The notes under the pieces are model-generated. The model was not told the DNA's origin and made no database searches. It saw only the letters and a list, made by a program, of their open reading frames with translations. A program made the position numbers and the translations under genes. From Octopus sinensis (Eukaryota), in contig NW_021826245.1 in NCBI RefSeq assembly GCF_006345805.1, positions 1 through 35,646 of the forward strand: a stretch of DNA of 35,646 nt, in the 5' to 3' direction. Each line of letters starts with the position of its first letter. Positions within the stretch are counted from its first letter, which is position 1. Of the stretch, positions 33,346 to 35,646 are shown piece by piece.

Positions 33346-33615
33346 CTGTTGATTTTATTGTTCTACCTTGTGTCTTAGGGGCCCATAACCATTAAGGACT
33401 GATCAACCGTTTTCGCTACTCGCTCCGCACAACAGAGAAAAACTTTTCAAAATGGCGTCGTCTTTATTCATCCCCCATCATCAAGAGAGGAAAGTGGGAG
33501 ATTTTGAAGGTGATATCGTCTTTCGCAATCATCTCCAACAGCGCAATACTATAGTCGTAGTGGTAATTAAACTTAGTAGCAGCAGTATCAATAGCAACAA
33601 GTACAGTAGCAACAA

Positions 33616-33646
<31 letters not shown>

Positions 33647-34017
33647 AGTAACAACAAAACGGTAGCAGCAGCATCATGAACAATGGTATGTCAAACAGTC
33701 TCTAAAATCACCAAACAATAGTGCTTTGCCACTTTTATAGAAATAAACTGTTACAGGGCAATCAACTCACCTACATACCCAATGAGGAGCAGCAATACCG
33801 GCAGCAGCAGTGAAAACACAGCATAAGTATTTCTTTTGCCTAGATCACTCACGTTTTCGGTCTCATCTCATTAGATAATAAGCATGAACATTTAGAAGAG
33901 GTGGAGAAACAAATCAACGGAACTAAGAAAACCTACGATCAATATACTGCAATATCTTTTAGATCAAACTGAAAAAAAGACAATTTTGTATTGATGATTG
34001 TTAACGAAAAAACACTA

Positions 34018-34330
34018 ATTAGAGCGTATACCTTCAGACGAAGCTGAACTCTGTTTAAGAAACATTTGGCAAAGTATTAATTTCGCGGGATATAAGTTAG
34101 GATATATCCGAGTTATTTCCCACTCAGAAACACTAATCCAGAAGCATTCCACCGTCCCACAAAGAAGCGATGATTTCACACAGATACCAATTAACTTGGG
34201 GCGTAGAGTGATTAAAAAAGTTGGAATATCCATCCAAAATTAGACTTCTGGTGGGTGGTGAAATGTGTGATTTTGGAAGACCTTAGCACGCTGCTCCAAC
34301 CTCATTCCAATGTACTTCTTCTGAGAAGAA
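34018..34330 (+). mobile_element. Possible very old RLE-LINE fragment (region N-terminal to RT)
   Basis: About 75 stop-free codons ERIPSDEAELCLRNIWQ...QIPINLGRRVIKKV, then a shifted FWKTL; loose resemblance only. Confidence 0.3.
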
Positions 34331-34609
34331 ACTTGCACTGAGATGGGGTTGGAGAGTTTGATTCAGATGAAACCTGAGACATTTAATATTGATATCGTTG
34401 TGATAGTGGCTTGGGGTTCCTAAGAGAAATTAATAGAGCAATATGGGATTCGGACACACGATAAGTGCTTTGAGTATTCAAAATTTCATCAACTTTATAT
34501 CTTCATAAGCCTACACCAATATTCTGTTTTTTTAACATCAGTTTATTTAATACTATCTTAACAATAACTTTCTTTTAAGATCTTTCTACTTTCTTCTTCC
34601 AAGAGTTTT

Positions 34610-34665
<56 letters not shown>

Positions 34666-34675
34666 CATAGGTATA

Positions 34676-34873
34676 TATTTCTTTACTACCCACAAGGGGC
34701 TAAACACAGAGGGGACAAACAAGGACAGACAAACGGATTAAGTCGATTACATCGACCTAACTGGTACTTAATTTATCGACCCCGAAAGGATAAAAAGCAA
34801 AGTCGACCTCGGCGGAATTTGAACCCAGAACGTAACGGCAGACGAAATACGGCTACGCATTTCGCCCGGCAAA
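34676..34873 (-). mobile_element. Monomeric copy of the trimer-family SINE with the alternative tail and a 15-bp TSD
   Basis: TSD AGAGACATAGGTATA at 34661-34675 and 34874-34888; tail ...AGCCCCTTGTGGGTAGTAAAGAAATA. Confidence 0.88.
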
Positions 34874-35577
34874 AGAGACATAGGTATAATGGACACAGGC
34901 ATGACATGACTGTGTGGCGAAGAAGATCAATTGGCAACTATGTGGTTTTGGGTTCAACTCACCAAAGTGTCCTCTGTCATAATCTAGAGCCAGCAGCCAG
35001 CTAGCCAGCCGACATTGTTATCGAAATTTGACAGATTAAAATTGTATTGAACTCCGTCGTTAGGATTGTCCTCTTGCTAAACACCATGGCCTGGATAATG
35101 GGTAGCTTTAATTTATTTATTATTTATTTTTTTGAGTTCACTCTGTTGCACACATTTGGACCAAGCCTCTTTTCTGAGGATAACTCCCTCATTTCATCCA
35201 CCTGTCACGGATATCCTGGAAAAGGGTTAACGACACATTTGCAAGCTAAGACAATAAATTATAGGAAAGAAAAAAAATAATAGAAGGGAACTGGTTTTAA
35301 CTAACAATCGAAATTAAATCCCTTATGCAGATTTATAACGAGTTACTTCTTGCTCGACCCTTATAAAAATGTAATAATAAAATTCCGGGTACTGTATTTA
35401 CGAGAATGTCTTTAAGCCATTTTTTTTCAAGGAAGGTCTATTTAAAAAAAAATCAATGTGAGAGTTGGTGTAATGCATCATAAAATAATATTTAGCTTCA
35501 AGGCGAGGTTGTTGACCTTATAATTAAAATTTAGTGTGATTAGATTAACAGTCAATAAAAGAAAATACAACAGCGAC

Positions 35578-35602
35578 GATGATGACGTTGATGATGATGG
35601 TG

Positions 35603-35646
<44 letters not shown>
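35578..35646 (+). repeat. (GAT)n-(AAT)n microsatellite running off the window end
   Basis: Direct reading. Confidence 0.95.

Overview
AT-rich, microsatellite-dense eukaryotic DNA with no host protein-coding gene that I can support. The SINE families resemble octopus (cephalopod) repeats, so this is probably intergenic or intronic Octopus sequence (inference). Almost every ORF in the supplied track is a translated microsatellite. The real content is layered mobile DNA: (1) several tRNA-derived SINE families, including a head-to-tail trimer inserted under one 18-bp TSD; (2) three copies of a GG-terminal MITE with 8-bp TSDs and internal TTAGGG repeats, one nested in a hAT-type MITE; (3) Penelope-like (GIY-YIG) elements with minimal hammerhead ribozyme motifs in intact, mutated, deleted and decayed states; (4) R4/Dong-like RLE LINE remnants, one split by two Penelope-derived inserts; (5) an RTE-like family with three C-terminal C2H2 fingers and (ATGT)n tails whose copies always sit inside (ATGT)n, plus a short bipartite derivative; (6) a young 5'-truncated CR1 fragment. 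Fold-back structures are unusually frequent: a perfect 52-bp hairpin, two (TA)n-centred palindromes, a long (GAA)n/(TTC)n-flanked inverted duplication, an inverted Penelope pLTR and inverted SINE pairs. All alignments, translations and counts were done by eye; no searches were run.
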